Below, piece by piece: positions 28,738-41,280 of a stretch of DNA of 64,000 nucleotides. The DNA comes from Fimbriosthenelais zetlandica (taxonomy: Eukaryota). The stretch lies in the NCBI GenBank assembly GCA_977030845.1, contig OZ365111.1, positions 11,470,001 through 11,534,000 of the forward strand, given 5' to 3'. Position numbers and translations under genes: made by a program. Under the pieces are notes generated by a model that ran no database searches, had not been told where the DNA came from, and saw only the letters and a list, made by a program, of their open reading frames with translations. The number at the start of each line of letters is the position of its first letter. The first letter of the stretch is position 1.

Positions 28738-28792
28738 ATGTTTCATTCAGTGAAGTAGGCCTGTACGAAGCAAGAGTGAAAAGGCAGTAAAG
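28738..28792 (+). other. Candidate 55-nt spliceosomal exon, probably non-coding or stop-containing
   Basis: Near-consensus acceptor AAATTTTCCATTGCAG| and perfect donor AAG|GTAAGT. All three frames contain a stop; the best frame, VSFSEVGLYEARVKRQ*, stops 2 nt before the donor. Confidence 0.3.
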
Positions 28793-29504
28793 GTAAGTGC
28801 TTGAAAAATAATAAGTTCCCAATTCCGGATAAAATATTTTCTGGAAAAAAGTTCATCAAAACAGTGCCAAGGATTGATTTAATACGTACACATCGTAATC
28901 CAGAGAAACTATAATGTCGAGCGACTGCTTTTGCTCTTCTTTGTATCAGTTACGTCCTCTTGGGGGTAAAACGCTCATAAAACGTGTGAGGTCGAATGGA
29001 AAACTTGTGACGGATTTCCTATCCAATATTGGCCCAGGATATAAATGCCTGCTGACCCTAGGGTGGGTCATGCCAGGCAGGCGATCTTACAAATCCCTAA
29101 TAACTATGTATGTAAAAGTTATTATGCTGTTGTCTCACATCCAGCGGAACAAAGCAAATATTGATGAGTGATTTCATATCGTGTTTTTCTCCGTGAGGCT
29201 ATGTAGCAAGGGAGAAGAGGTGTATCTGCCTTGAAACTACAAGAGCACCAGTAATGCCCACTTTGGGAGCCCCAGGGCGTCAGAAGACACATTAGGCTGT
29301 CACCTAAGATGTAAAGGAGGCGTTGTGTGGCCAGCGCCCGCTTGTCATATCTAATACCCCCCATCTCCACAGGACAATGCAAACCCAGCATCAATCTATA
29401 TGATTCCCGGCCTTGTTTACTGGGTAAATGTCATACGAGGCTTGATCGATGCTTCCTACAAGTTCTTTCAGATCAATCATAGTCTGATGACCTTTTTCAT
29501 GACC

Positions 29505-29640
29505 GCGGTTGACGAGGTCGCCCGCTAGGCGGACAGAAACAGTCCCCCGCCCTTAGCCTGAAGGTGGCGCTGCGTGGGAAGGTGGCTGGATGATGATCGA
29601 CAGCTCGGGCCCTCTATCGGCGGATCACGAGAAGCTGTCA
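29505..29640. promoter_or_regulatory. CpG-rich patch with GC box and CTCF-like site
   Basis: CCCCGCCC at ~29545-29552 and CCTGAAGGTGGCGCTG at 29557-29572 (2 mismatches to CCAGCAGGTGGCGCTG), in locally high CpG density. Confidence 0.3.
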
Positions 29641-31177
29641 AATGTAGCTCTATCCTTTCTCGCATGTGGGATGAATGGTTGGGGCATTATACGGATGAAT
29701 AATTGTCAGCCTAATCGACTGGACCCGGGGACGGATGTTGGGAATAGTAGTGGGATCGGGGGAGTAACTTTCATTAAAGCTGAGACCCTGACACCTCTTT
29801 GAACTAAAATATTGATAGGATTTATTGAACACGTTTAACATGACAGTATATGCCACCTGGAACTAAGGTTGAAGGTGCATGATAACTGATACATGTAAAT
29901 CACATCGGTGGTGCACTGCTCCTTGTGGTCATATAATTGACTGTTACAAGAACCAGAGGCAATTAATGAACGGGTCTACTGGAAATAACACAGTGAAGTG
30001 GATACATTTTAACTGCCCCGAACTCAAATTTCGAGGAGAGTGCATGGTCAAAGAGGATCCTTGCAACTGATCAAGACCAGGTCTGGAGTCATAACACCCA
30101 CGAACTGACGTTGCAGCAATCTGATACAAGCCATCTCCGCTATATGCAATTATCCGAACTTACATAAGATATCTGAATGAATGACCTGAAGAACTTCCTG
30201 ATTGAAGGCATCTATGTAATGTTAAATTACATGCTTGTATAAGTACAGTGCTCGGAATATCATATATTCACTTCGGTATGTATTTATGGGGTCACAGTTC
30301 GATCAAAAGGTCCATTGAGGACAGGTTCCCATTGATTGTCCCTATTTACAAGATTCCCATAGACACATTAATGCATTTCCATAAGATCAATGCCTTCTAC
30401 TGGTTATTTTCCATTGGGTCGATTCCATTTTCATTTATTCAGAAAGACAGGTGGCGAGCAGCATTTATAATGGGATGGCACAATCATCACTCATCAGGCA
30501 AATCAAATAAGAGTCCAAAAGCGTTTGATCCAGCTGGGCTGCCACTGCCTAGCGCATCTGCATGAGTAAATGGCACCGGATCTAATGATTCTCACTTATA
30601 CCTACCAACTGATTACATTACCTGTTTGTTCGACGAGAAAATATTGTGTACACATTAGATTTCAGTGGGACAATTCAATTATTTCCCAGCCATCCTGAAA
30701 GCCTTTTACAGACTGGGAATCTTTTCCTTTAATTGCTGCCTGTAGAGTGGAAATGGGAGTAGGAGAGGGCATGAGACGTTACATCCCATATACCCTTCAA
30801 CTGTTTAGCCCTGATACATTTTATTCACACTACTATATAATTATGCCCTAACTATACTCCTTTTCCTATTTTATTTATCTGTTATTTTATAGAAATTGAA
30901 TAATCCTGAATCTCCTAGCTATTTTTGACATATAGTTCATAATATATTTTGGTGCGAGAACAGGGTTTGTAGGGAGGCCGATAGGGGAGAGTGAATGGGA
31001 CATGGTCTATAAATCGAGTAACTCAGAACCTTGGATAATAAACTAATGTCTTATGAGGATAATTTTAGCCACATAATGAACATATTGAAGTCTGAGAAGA
31101 GGGCGAGCGAAATCTTGGCAAGGGATCCCAATTACGGCTTAACTCAAGATTAGGCAGACTAATCAAAAGTTTCTTAC

Positions 31178-31216
31178 CATGGTTGGACTTGTTGATAATG
31201 GTATTGGTATATAGGT
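31178..31216 (-). CDS. Candidate 39-nt microexon (TYIPIPLSTSPTM in phase 0)
   Basis: Acceptor CATCTCTCTCTTGCAG| and donor ATG|GTAAGA. All three frames are open. Confidence 0.2.
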
Positions 31217-32752
31217 CTGCAAGAGAGAGATGTTATACGATGATAGGGGCTGGTAGGTTAGGATAGTATTCATAGTGGTTATGGTAAAATGCTATGGTAT
31301 CTGGATAATTGGGATGGAGGCCTCATGATAGCTTTGGTACAGGAAAGATGCAGTTCAAACCGGGTTGTTTCTATATGCATTGCCAATAATGATAATGGAC
31401 GTCAGTTGGTATTACGTGTGTTGTCACAATTAGTGCATGTATGTGGAGAGACGGGATAAGATTAAGATGCAGAAGGAAATTGCAGAGGAAACTAGATCCA
31501 TGTGTGAGATCCAAAGGGAATCAATGGATCCTCATGCCAATGAGCGGCCTTGTTGGCAAGCCAACAGGTGTGGTAGATCCGGCAAGGCACTCTGCCCATT
31601 ATTTCCTGGGCCAAGGTTCTGGAAACAGATGGTTCGGGAGCCCCGTTCTCCCTCCCATATAGCCTTGCAGCTGGACACATTCAATAATTTTAGGTGAAAG
31701 ACATTCTTAAGGGCTATGATCTTCTTTTTGTCAGTATTGATTTTGAAAATCGATATTTAACCTATTTTCTCGAATGATGTTGGCAGTTTACATTTGTGAT
31801 GCCTTGATAAAAGCAATGACAGGTGCGAAGTGGAAAAAGTTTGTTTTGGACATGTACTTTTTCACACTGGTAGTGTTTCCTGTTCATGGTAGGCGAGAGT
31901 TGATGACAAGGCTGTAAGACAATTAAGAGAAGATGTAAGTTAGGTACAGGTGAAAATCAGAATGAAACCTACAATATAAATTTTATGCTGAATAATCATA
32001 TCTGATGCACATTTATTTAACTTCATGGCGTTAAATATTTCCCAGGTCTGAGCATGTCTACCTTCTATACCTTTCTCCCTCTTGGTCGCAGCTGCAGGAC
32101 CTGTCCATTAAATTCACCACTTTCTCTGCGACCCGGGGCCCAGAAATCACAGCGCATGTGTGACATCTTCCAACATGAAGACAATCTTCACTTAGCACCC
32201 TCAAAGCACGCCCATGCGCCGTTTCAAAGCTCTATCATTAATGCCCGATACTGCGTGAAACACCTGTGACATGATGTCGATGGCTGCCTTACACTTCTGT
32301 CAATTTTGTCATTTTTCTAAAGTAATAATGGGGCAAAGGAGGATGAGGGAACTTGAGAGCGAGAGGTGACATGTTTTCAAAAGCCATTAAGCTTTGGGCT
32401 TTACTGCCTATCTGCCATATGCGTCTTTGACTGTTTAATGAAGAGAAGTTCACGTGGATATTGTAAAATTAATTTTCTCTAGTTTCATGAATATTAATCG
32501 AAATCTGATAATTTAAAATCTGTCCCAACTTACGTGAATCTTTTGATTCGTGTTAAGAACTCGTGATGCATATAATCTGCGGAAATTATACTTCCAGTGT
32601 CTCTGGCAAAGGATTAACTATAGTAGGGGTTTTCCAGGGGCCCTGGAAATGCATGGAAATGAAGCCATGCACCTGAACTTTAGATGATTTTAAAAAAAAT
32701 CTTTTAATTGGACCAGTTTCCTTTACAGGAAGTACAAGCTAAATCTATCCCC

Positions 32753-32773
32753 CTCGCTCTGTCTCTCGCTCTC

Positions 32774-32821
<48 letters not shown>

Positions 32822-32832
32822 GAGTCTCTCTC
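32753..32832 (+). repeat. Interrupted (CT)n microsatellite
   Basis: About 80 bp of CT dinucleotide repeat with a few G or C interruptions, read directly. Confidence 0.97.
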
Positions 32833-33679
32833 GCCTATAGTAGGTCTCGTTTGGTTGTAGAAGAAGACCTAGCTCTACACTTGTCCTTGGCACAGAAAGC
32901 CAAGTAGTCCCAGCAGCACATTAAGAAGTCAAAAGAAACCCTATCGAATTACCATTTGTCACTTTGACAGAAGCCCATTGTTACAGGCTGTATTGCTTGT
33001 CATAAACTGGTGAAGATCATATGGCCAGAGACTGGCAGTAACACCCAGTAATAATAGTCCTTGCCGAAAGAGCACATGGTGGTTAGGAATTTAGCTGAGA
33101 AGCTAAGTCATAAAGTAACTTGTTAGTGTCAAATAAAGCAAATTTCTCCACCATAAAGCTGATGGCACCTTCACCATTATGCTTCACTTGCATGCGAACC
33201 CGAGCTGGGTTGGTATCGCCCGATTTTCTTCTGTTACTACGACAGTACTTGATCAAGGGTGTCGTTTATATTCCAAACAATACCATTTTCACGCATCTTC
33301 TCCAAGGGGAGTATTGGGAATGATGGAAATAATATGCTCTTTTCTGCGATATTAGCATTTGCTATTCCTCCGGAGATGTGAAAAGTTCCTATAAATAATT
33401 CAGCATGGGCCAAGGTGGTACCACCAACAGAGAATTTGATCCCATATTTGGGGATAACCCAGGTACTCGGTGTAGGTTTATAGCCTGTATGGCCTCTTAA
33501 AAAGCAGCGATATTGTCTTTTGTAGGTCGTAAAACAGGCCAAATGTCACTCGGGAGTATATTGGGTGTGCAACGAAGGGTGTTGGAAACCCTGCCCAATG
33601 ATGGATGCAAACAGATGCTTTGTTCCTGGGAACAAGCAATGGAAAATGTGATTATTTGCCCGGTTAATGTAAAAATTAC

Positions 33680-33880
33680 CCACAGGGGGGTTGGGCAGTG
33701 GGTGGTGAATATGGAGGGAGGAGAGTAGGGATACCCGACCTCGGAGAATGTAGCTTCCTCGGCTCTTCCGGCTCCTAGCTGCTCCTCTGCTCGCTTCGCC
33801 TCTTGATCAAGAGCCTCATTCTCGCTCTGATTGCCATCGCCAAGGTCAAACAATAACGAGGTCAAGGTCGTGAGGTCAGC
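33680..33880 (-). CDS. Candidate internal coding exon, 201 nt (ADLTTLTSLLFDLGDGNQSENEALDQEAKRAEEQLGAGRAEEATFSEVGYPYSPPSIFTTHCPTPLW); product unknown
   Basis: Acceptor CCTGACCCTCACAG| and donor TGG|GTAATT. The frame is open and opens only 2 codons upstream of the acceptor (TGA). The peptide is charged and protein-like. No homology recognised. Confidence 0.3.
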
Positions 33881-36363
33881 CTGTGAGGGTCAGGTAGAGA
33901 GGCTGAGCATGGAGTCATGAATCAAAGACATGAAGGTCCATTAGAGGAGCGGCCACATCATGGAGGCTGGAAATAATGAAATCGCAGAGCTCCTAAATCA
34001 TATTTAATGCTCAGATGGCGGCGATATGGTCGTCACCACGAGTTATCTTACCGGTGGTTGCATTACTTTGATTGCTTCATGTAACTGCTGCCCGCTTAGT
34101 TACGTTTCCCCCATATCACACTACATCAAGCCTTTAAAAGAGCTAGGTCAATGATGGCCATATCCCATAGTCCACTACACCCCCAGCTGTTCAACGTTCA
34201 TCAACCCCATTCTCCCTGCATGATAATACCACATGCTCCATTCATCCACCATCCCTCCCTTTGAGAAGAAAAAAATGGAGAAAAGAGAGCAAACTGTAAT
34301 GGTTAGATATATAGATTGTTTTTTCAGGAGTTCCATATCAGACAAAGCAGGGAAGGGTTCAGAGAGGTTAGACAACACCTATTTGTCATGACCTTTAACA
34401 AGTCTCCAGCTTGGGCGCCCAGGGAAGAACGAGGGTTTCCATTTGTAGCATGTCAGGGGATTGCTTTCTGTTCGCGTGATAAATTTCCAACAATGCTGTC
34501 TGCTTCAGAAAGAGACATATTCTGTCTGACAAAGGCTTTTGGGGTTGTTGTCGGCTGATGTACTATCATCGTTTCTCTGCTTCTCAAGAGGAGGAGGCCC
34601 TTGTCAGGAGGTGGAGTACTCAAGGTCAAAATCTACAATTGGAAGATTTATGATCTGCATGAATTTTGTCCAATTCCTATATTGAACCTCTTTTATTACA
34701 ATTCAGCGACTACAACACTCCTGTCAAAGGAAGCGCGAAATCAATTCCTCTTCCGTCTCCCGCAATTGTCTCCTGGTCATAGATTCACTTTGAAAATTAA
34801 TCTTAACCCCAAAAGAAATTCTTTTGTATTTGTTATGCAAAAAAACTATGATTAATTAGGCCTAGAGAAAAACGTGATGATCTTGGCATTTCCACCAATT
34901 TCTCTAATTAAATGATTTGCCTATCTCCTGCAATTCTCCATTGTGGGATGAGGCGTCCCTTCTCAGTGCCTACATTGCCAGCCCGGGTGCTCTCAATAGT
35001 CTCGTATCGAATACAATACATGGGTAAAAATAAATGAAAAATGACTTATGCAAAATTAGCTTGTGTCATATCAGAGCCTTCTGCCGTGTCCATGAGGACA
35101 CACCATTCCACTGAACCATGCACTATGTTGCTTTCCTTGTGCTGCCCATCCATAATCCTCTCGTAAATTACAATGATTTAATAAGCATTTACATTTCAGG
35201 AGATAATGATGTCAGGGTGGCTTACTATCACAGTGATTTATATGCGATATATATGGTTCAATAGCTTAATATCTTGGCAAAGTGGTTGTCAATGGCCATT
35301 TGCCTCGCATCAGGCCCAATTTATGGATCACAGTCTCCCACTGGTTCACGCAGCAGCCATCGAGGGGATTGGAAGCGAAGTGATTTTGATTTACATTATC
35401 GTGTCATGCTTGTACTTAGGCATGGTATATATGTATACTTCTAGGGAACTGAGGCAACTTTTTCTATGAAAGATCAATATGTGATTAAGCCTCTTGTCCC
35501 CTTTGCTTTGTTTGTATATAAATTACTCATGTGTATCTTTTGACCCCCTCCCCACCCACAGACACACTTTTGACTCGGGATAACTGATGGAGGACTTCCA
35601 ATACGGTAAATTATAAACTGGCGCCAATCATAAGGTTTCTCGAGAGTTATAACAAAAGGCATAATATTGAAGCCCAAGTGAATGATTTAAATACTGCATC
35701 CCATCAGATGGGGACCCAGCTTTCATGAGACGATGGTTTTATGTATCGTTCATCAACACTTTTATTAAATGTTGCCTTTCCATTTGGACCAGCACTTTGA
35801 AGCGGAAATCCTTTGAATAGACCACATGAGAGGCATATTCCAGATGGCATTTCCTTCAATTTAACTTTACAAATAAAAGCCTTTTAATAGGCTTAGCACC
35901 GCTAAGAAGTACATGCCATGTCATGTCAACGGGACTTTCTACGAGGGGAAAACTTGGAATGAAGCTTCGCCTCGACCCATAAAGCGTGGTGATAAAAGAT
36001 TTAACGACAGGATGTTTTAGAGAAACTGGTCGATTCCTCCAAGGTGAATGACCACATCAACTGCCTTACGTTCATTTTGTGATCAATTAACGGTCCGCCA
36101 AACCCTTATGACGAGATTTGATCCACGACTGGTGAAAACCCATCACTATTGTGCTGTTTGCACGCAATATCTGATTTAAGGGCCAAAGTCCTTTTAATGT
36201 TTTAATGAAGGTTTTCTTGACTAGAGGCGTTCTGGATAGGTATAGAACATCACCTGGCTCTAATGAGACGACTAGGAATAGCTTTTCTCACACAGTAAGT
36301 CTGTGTCCAAGAGAGAATGGCATGAGAAGAGACCATTAAACAAGGTGAAACCTACTGTATTAG

Positions 36364-36467
36364 ACTACTACCACTACTACTACTCCCCTGCCTCCTCCTC
36401 ATCCTCCTCCTCCTCCCTCCCTCTCTCCCTTCCTTCCCTTCCTCCATCTCCTCTCCTCCTCCTTTCC
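36364..36467 (+). repeat. Degenerate (CTA)n followed by a (CCT)n-rich polypyrimidine tract
   Basis: CTACTACCACTACTACTACT, then ~83 nt almost entirely C/T. It explains the YYYY/SSSS/LPSLP low-complexity ORF 36303..36497. Confidence 0.9.
36415..36438 (-). other. Canonical G-quadruplex motif
   Basis: The minus strand reads GGG-AAGGAA-GGG-AGAGA-GGG-A-GGG. Confidence 0.5.
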
Positions 36468-39400
36468 ATTATCCAAACAAGGACTGGAGAAAGCTGATAG
36501 TTGATGAGAAATCGTATACACTTCTACTTGGGGATATGTTTTTAATGATCCGCAAGAAAAAGCAAGTCACCAAAAAAGCCACCAAATACAGGGCCGGTAC
36601 TTAGCCTGCGGTTAGTTAAGTATTGTGTGAAGGTGATGGCAATGTGGTGTGCTGAGGTGCCATTCTGCCCATGGGTCCCCCTTTTGATATCATGACATCC
36701 AGACCATTAAAGATACTTAAAGCAGGCTCAGGCACCTGGGTGTAATCGAATCCAGGTGGGGGAGACAGTGTAGATGGCATGCAGGTAGGGTAGGGAACTG
36801 CGGGAAACCCCCCTCCAGCTCACCAATAATATATAACCACGGCTCACAATGGTGCTGAAGCATGTAAGAAACAAAGAGAAAAGCAAAATAAAAGTTGGGT
36901 GATCGTTTTAAAAATTCATGATTATAGCCATCGGTCCTTCAATTTCAGTCTCTGTAAGGAGAATAGGGTACGATGGTTTTGGTGCACATAAAATAAATGT
37001 CTGTTAGTCAGCATCGTTGACAAACTCTTCATGGTCCTGTGTATAAACTTTTGATGGAAAAGAATCGTGATAAAAAATGGCTTATTCTTGATCAGTCCCT
37101 TAAAAATGTCAATGATTCACCTGCCCTCAGACTCTTGAATGTTCCGAAGGGCTGAGATCATAGCCTTTGATCCCCACACTACACTATGACAATCTCACCA
37201 ATTACCACGTAACTGTAGACAGCTTAAATGTCTGAGTATCTCGTTCTCTGTCAGACATAGGAGGCACTAGACCCAAAAGACCACCTCTCAGGCAATGCTC
37301 CCCCGGCACTTCCAAAACAACTGCCACATCCAACCCGTGCTACACCTTTTGAAGTGGTTTATGCACAGCAAATTAAAAGGAGTTGCATTGTTACTGGACA
37401 CTATAACGAGGCGAGAGCCACGACACATTATTGCATGGAGAAGGCCTGTGACACACCCAAGCACTTTGAAGTGAGCGAAATCGGAAGCACGTACACGTTT
37501 CTTAATGCAGGCCCGCTCCGGCCATCACCAGGCCTTAACGCTCACAGCGCCATCAAGCGAGAGAGGGCAGAGTGGTATTTGGGTGGGAAGAAATCGCATG
37601 AGATATCGCTTCACGCACGCGACCCATTTCAGGCAATGGTTTCTCCTATAGTAGTGACAGAACCAGAAGCAACAGCAGGCTCGATCATGTTCTCAGCCTA
37701 TGTACACTTCACAGCTTCCTCTCCCCCACCTATAGTAGATTTTGCCAGGCTTTTGTTGCACACATTTCAACCGTCACGTGATTCATGCAATGGAATTGCT
37801 GTTCAGCGTTGGCTGTAAACTTCCGCTTGTCAAGGTCAACAAGGGCTTCGGTCATTTGGATGCCTGAAATAGAAACCCAAACCCAAAAGTTTCAGAAAGA
37901 TTTATCGGTTTCCAACAGCCTCAATTTCAAAAGAATTGGATTAGTATAGTGTTGATTCTCAATTGAATTGAATGGTTTCGCGCTAAATTCCCCTTTCGAT
38001 TTGAATGCATTCTTTGAAAAAACTCACTAGGGCATTCCTGATGTTTCAGCCTGCAGTAAAAAATATGATGTCAGACATTCGATGGGGAATCTGCTAGCTT
38101 TGAGAACATCTTCCCTCAGCGAGCTGTCCTTCTCTTTGGCCGTGGAAGGCATGGCGCCTGTGGTCAATATTAAGGTCACCAGCAGGGGCGGGACCAGTCC
38201 TACCTTAAGGGTCCATTAAAGGATGTGGGGACTTCCAATTTGAGATTCCAAGGTCACATACATGCCGACCCTTCCACCTTACTTAACTTTGATGTTGGGC
38301 TGGAGCGCAGGTCGGAGCTCTTAAATTCCCACTGACCTTGCCCTTTTCTGAGATCACCCAAGGAATCTGACTTCATCCATGCAGCCTTCCCCCTTACTCT
38401 GTGACAGAAGATCCCTAATGGTTCTGCTGTGCCAGATAATTCAGTATGTCAAATAGGAGCCAATCTATACTGCAGTGGGCGCTGTCCCAATTTGCTTTAT
38501 AAACCAGCCTATTTCTTCGGCTGCTTCAATTGAGTTTTGACATTGCTCTTCCTCTGCCAAATGAGACCACATATGTTAGATGGTCCCCCATACAATTAAA
38601 TGATGTCACTGGTACCTAAGCGCACATGGTCTAAAATTAGAAAGGCCTTCAATTAGATGCATGCATTCATGGCAGTTGTGAATAATTGAGCATTGATTGA
38701 CACTGTCGGGGTATAAGCCAAACTACATCCATGTTAAATTGTCAAAGCCATGTTACCGTGTCACAAGTTCAGGCTTGTTAGTTCGTGATGTCCGCCTGGG
38801 ACCTCACACTCTTTGGCTGCTTAACCATTCACTAGTTGCAAAGTGATTTCCTTTTGAAGTCCCATCGTTCCTGACAGTATAGCACGATTTCCATAAAATA
38901 TATAGCATTCAAATTCCACCTGACAAGTGGCGGAAATACTACATATACATTGTTTATTAACTAAATTTAATAATCACGACATAAATTATATTTTTTATGG
39001 TTGAGGCTTTTTACAATGTCCGGGAACAGGAGTCTGCAGACCACCACTCGGTCTCTCGTGCCGGACTCTAATTACCTTAAACTTCTCCATCATCCTCATC
39101 TCTAATTGACATCAAATAACAACCAGGCAAAGATGACGAGGTAATCTGTAGATATAATAAGACAAAACAAAGAAAAACAGCTAAGATGAATTCATTACGC
39201 CTGATAAGACCTATTTAAATTCATCCTGCACCAAGGTCTGCTTTCCCTGAACTACTCACAACTTTCCTGGAATCATGAACTGTTTTTTAAACCAAAAATA
39301 ACCCCACGTAACGGTGAATCCGAGGCGGGTTAATTATGACAAAATCATTTTGAATCTCAGTACCATTGTAATTTATAGTTTATAGTTTAAATGACAATTG

Positions 39401-41079
39401 AAATGTAAATTGAATTTTGTTTTAAATTCAGGGTGACATTTCTATAGACTACTTACATGTTTTGACATTATCGGGAGATTTATTAAGGTGTTATTAGTTC
39501 AATGTGTAGGAGGCCTGAAGTCAAATTTTGTCATTCCTGTTATACAATTTCCTGTCAATGGCAGTCCCATACAGTTTTGTTTGATGACTCTCATTATAAA
39601 TAGCATTCATTACATCCTTATTATGCAGAATAACATATGGCCTCCTTACCTTGTACATTTTTCCAACATAGCAACAATATTGCACTTGTTAACATGACAC
39701 TGACAAAATATTTTACTGTATTAAACAGTTAGCTCTGAAATTGCACAAAGCTGGAGTCTGATCGCGGTATGGTCGCATGCTGTTGTGATTAAAATTTCAT
39801 GAGGAAAAGTTGAATATTGAAAAGATTGTTTTAGTTTCCATTGCGATGAATCATGGTAGCCCTTGCATGGGGTATTCACCAATCTGTATATGCATCAAAA
39901 GCTGGACTGGGAAAAAGCTAACTGATGTGACAATGCTGTGACTGATTTGTTCCTATTAAGTATGCTGGCAAAATGCTGTTGCCACGAAAAAGATTAAACT
40001 GCATGGAATAATCATCCTGCATTTTTCATTTCAGATCAATTCAATCGAATTTCATTTCCTCCCCCGTGGCGGGTTCATGATAGTTTTCATTTCCTGCTGG
40101 TGCATTTTGCCTATGAATAAAAGAAAAATACAAGAATGGAATTGTAATCATAAATGCGATTGAGTGCTGGTGCTGACCTAGAAATATCTAATCCACAGGG
40201 GTTACTGTGAATGGCCTGGAAAAAGAGACTGGGAGAAAAAAATGTACCATTGTTTAAGATGCCATGTGGTATCATATTGCTCGCTATCATGGTTTCGTTA
40301 TGAGGAATTCTTGGCCAGCTCCTGCGCACATATGGATATGCACAGCTTTAAAGAAAAAACCTAAATGACTAATGAAGTCGGGGATTCCCCTCAAGTGGGA
40401 GGGCGACACAGCCCCGATCTGAAACAAAACTAGTGTGATATAGAAGAAAATTGGAATTTGATGAAGGCACATACTCTGGTGTTATAAGCCCTTAATTGCG
40501 TGTAAAAACTAAAATGGATTCCAAGGTCCCCGAGAAACCTTTCCTTAACATTTTTCTCCAGTTTGTGGAGAATGGAGCATCGTGGAGGCTCGATAACTTC
40601 AAGGTATGCTGGCACTCAATGCTTAATTGGATGACCCATATTCCATGATTAACGTGATTACCACCGAATGGCGTTTTATACAGCTTGTCCATCCTCCAGA
40701 GTGAGTGATAAAAGTCTCTTTGTGCATGGATGTAGTTGTGCCATATTCTTGGGTTTTTATGCGGGCCAGAGAAGCAAATGGAAGTGGTAGATTGCCTCCA
40801 GGACATGTTAGAAGGTATCTCCAGGGTGATGGAGAAAAAACAAGCCATGGAAGGGAAAGGTCCCGAGATTATGATAAAGAAAATGATTAGTGCTCCTTAT
40901 TTACAGCACCCCTGCCAGCGGGAAGTAACTGGGTTGACTTTCTATCTCATGGTGCTGATGTTTGCGATGGTTTAATATGAAAAATGTTATTTTGACTTAT
41001 GAATCGACTCTTCGGTTTCTATACTTAAAAAGCTGCATACGATTGGGATGGGAATAGGCCATCCGCTCCCACAGGTTAA

Positions 41080-41280
41080 GAGAATGACAGATATAAATAA
41101 ATGTATTACAGCAGAGTTTTGAGATACAATGGTACTGAACTATTCAGCATTTCCTCTTTTAAAAAAGCATACATTTCATACTTTTGAGACGTATTATTAA
41201 GTGTACACTAGGAAAATATAGTTCAGTACCATTCTATAGATCTCAAAACTCTGCTGCAATGCATTTATATGTCATATCTC
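41080..41280. repeat. Long imperfect inverted repeat (foldback; possible MITE remnant)
   Basis: The left arm (41080-41143) is the reverse complement of the right arm (41218-41280). Exact blocks are 17 bp (CAGCAGAGTTTTGAGAT 41109-41125 / ATCTCAAAACTCTGCTG 41240-41256) and 16 bp (AATGGTACTGAACTAT 41128-41143 / ATAGTTCAGTACCATT 41218-41233), plus looser outer pairing (ATGAC..ATATAAAT / ATTTATAT..GTCAT). The spacer is ~74 nt and AT-rich. No clear target-site duplication, so the MITE label is inference. Confidence 0.85.

Noticed and set aside
32631-32649. TTTCCAGGG-G-CCCTGGAAA palindrome; also the AT-rich hairpin at 42621-42649 and CACCTTT-AGG-AAAGGTG at 3364-3380
   Set aside because: These are isolated short palindromes, and several are expected by chance in 64 kb.
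33788-33798. TGCTCGCTTCG, matching the U6 snRNA 5' end; ATACTTACC at 41744 similarly matches the U1 5' end
   Set aside because: The matches stop after 9-11 nt. The U1-like match is simply the complement of a splice donor.
36733-36758. CACCTGG-GTGTAATCGAAT-CCAGGTG hairpin with a B-box-like TCGAATCC
   Set aside because: No cloverleaf and no upstream A-box, so it is not a tRNA or tRNA-derived SINE head.
37354-37818. 154-aa ORF, one of the two longest
   Set aside because: No recognisable domain or motif, non-ATG start (GTG), and no supporting splice structure. This length is within chance range for a locally GC-richer segment.
39650-39699. Minus-strand pseudo-exon with good sites (TTTTGTCAG|...AAG|GTAAGG); likewise strong donors at 3625 and 22621
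   Set aside because: It is 50 nt and not frame-preserving with the other candidates. For 3625 and 22621 all frames are closed up to the acceptor I tested. These show how often splice-like pairs arise by chance here.
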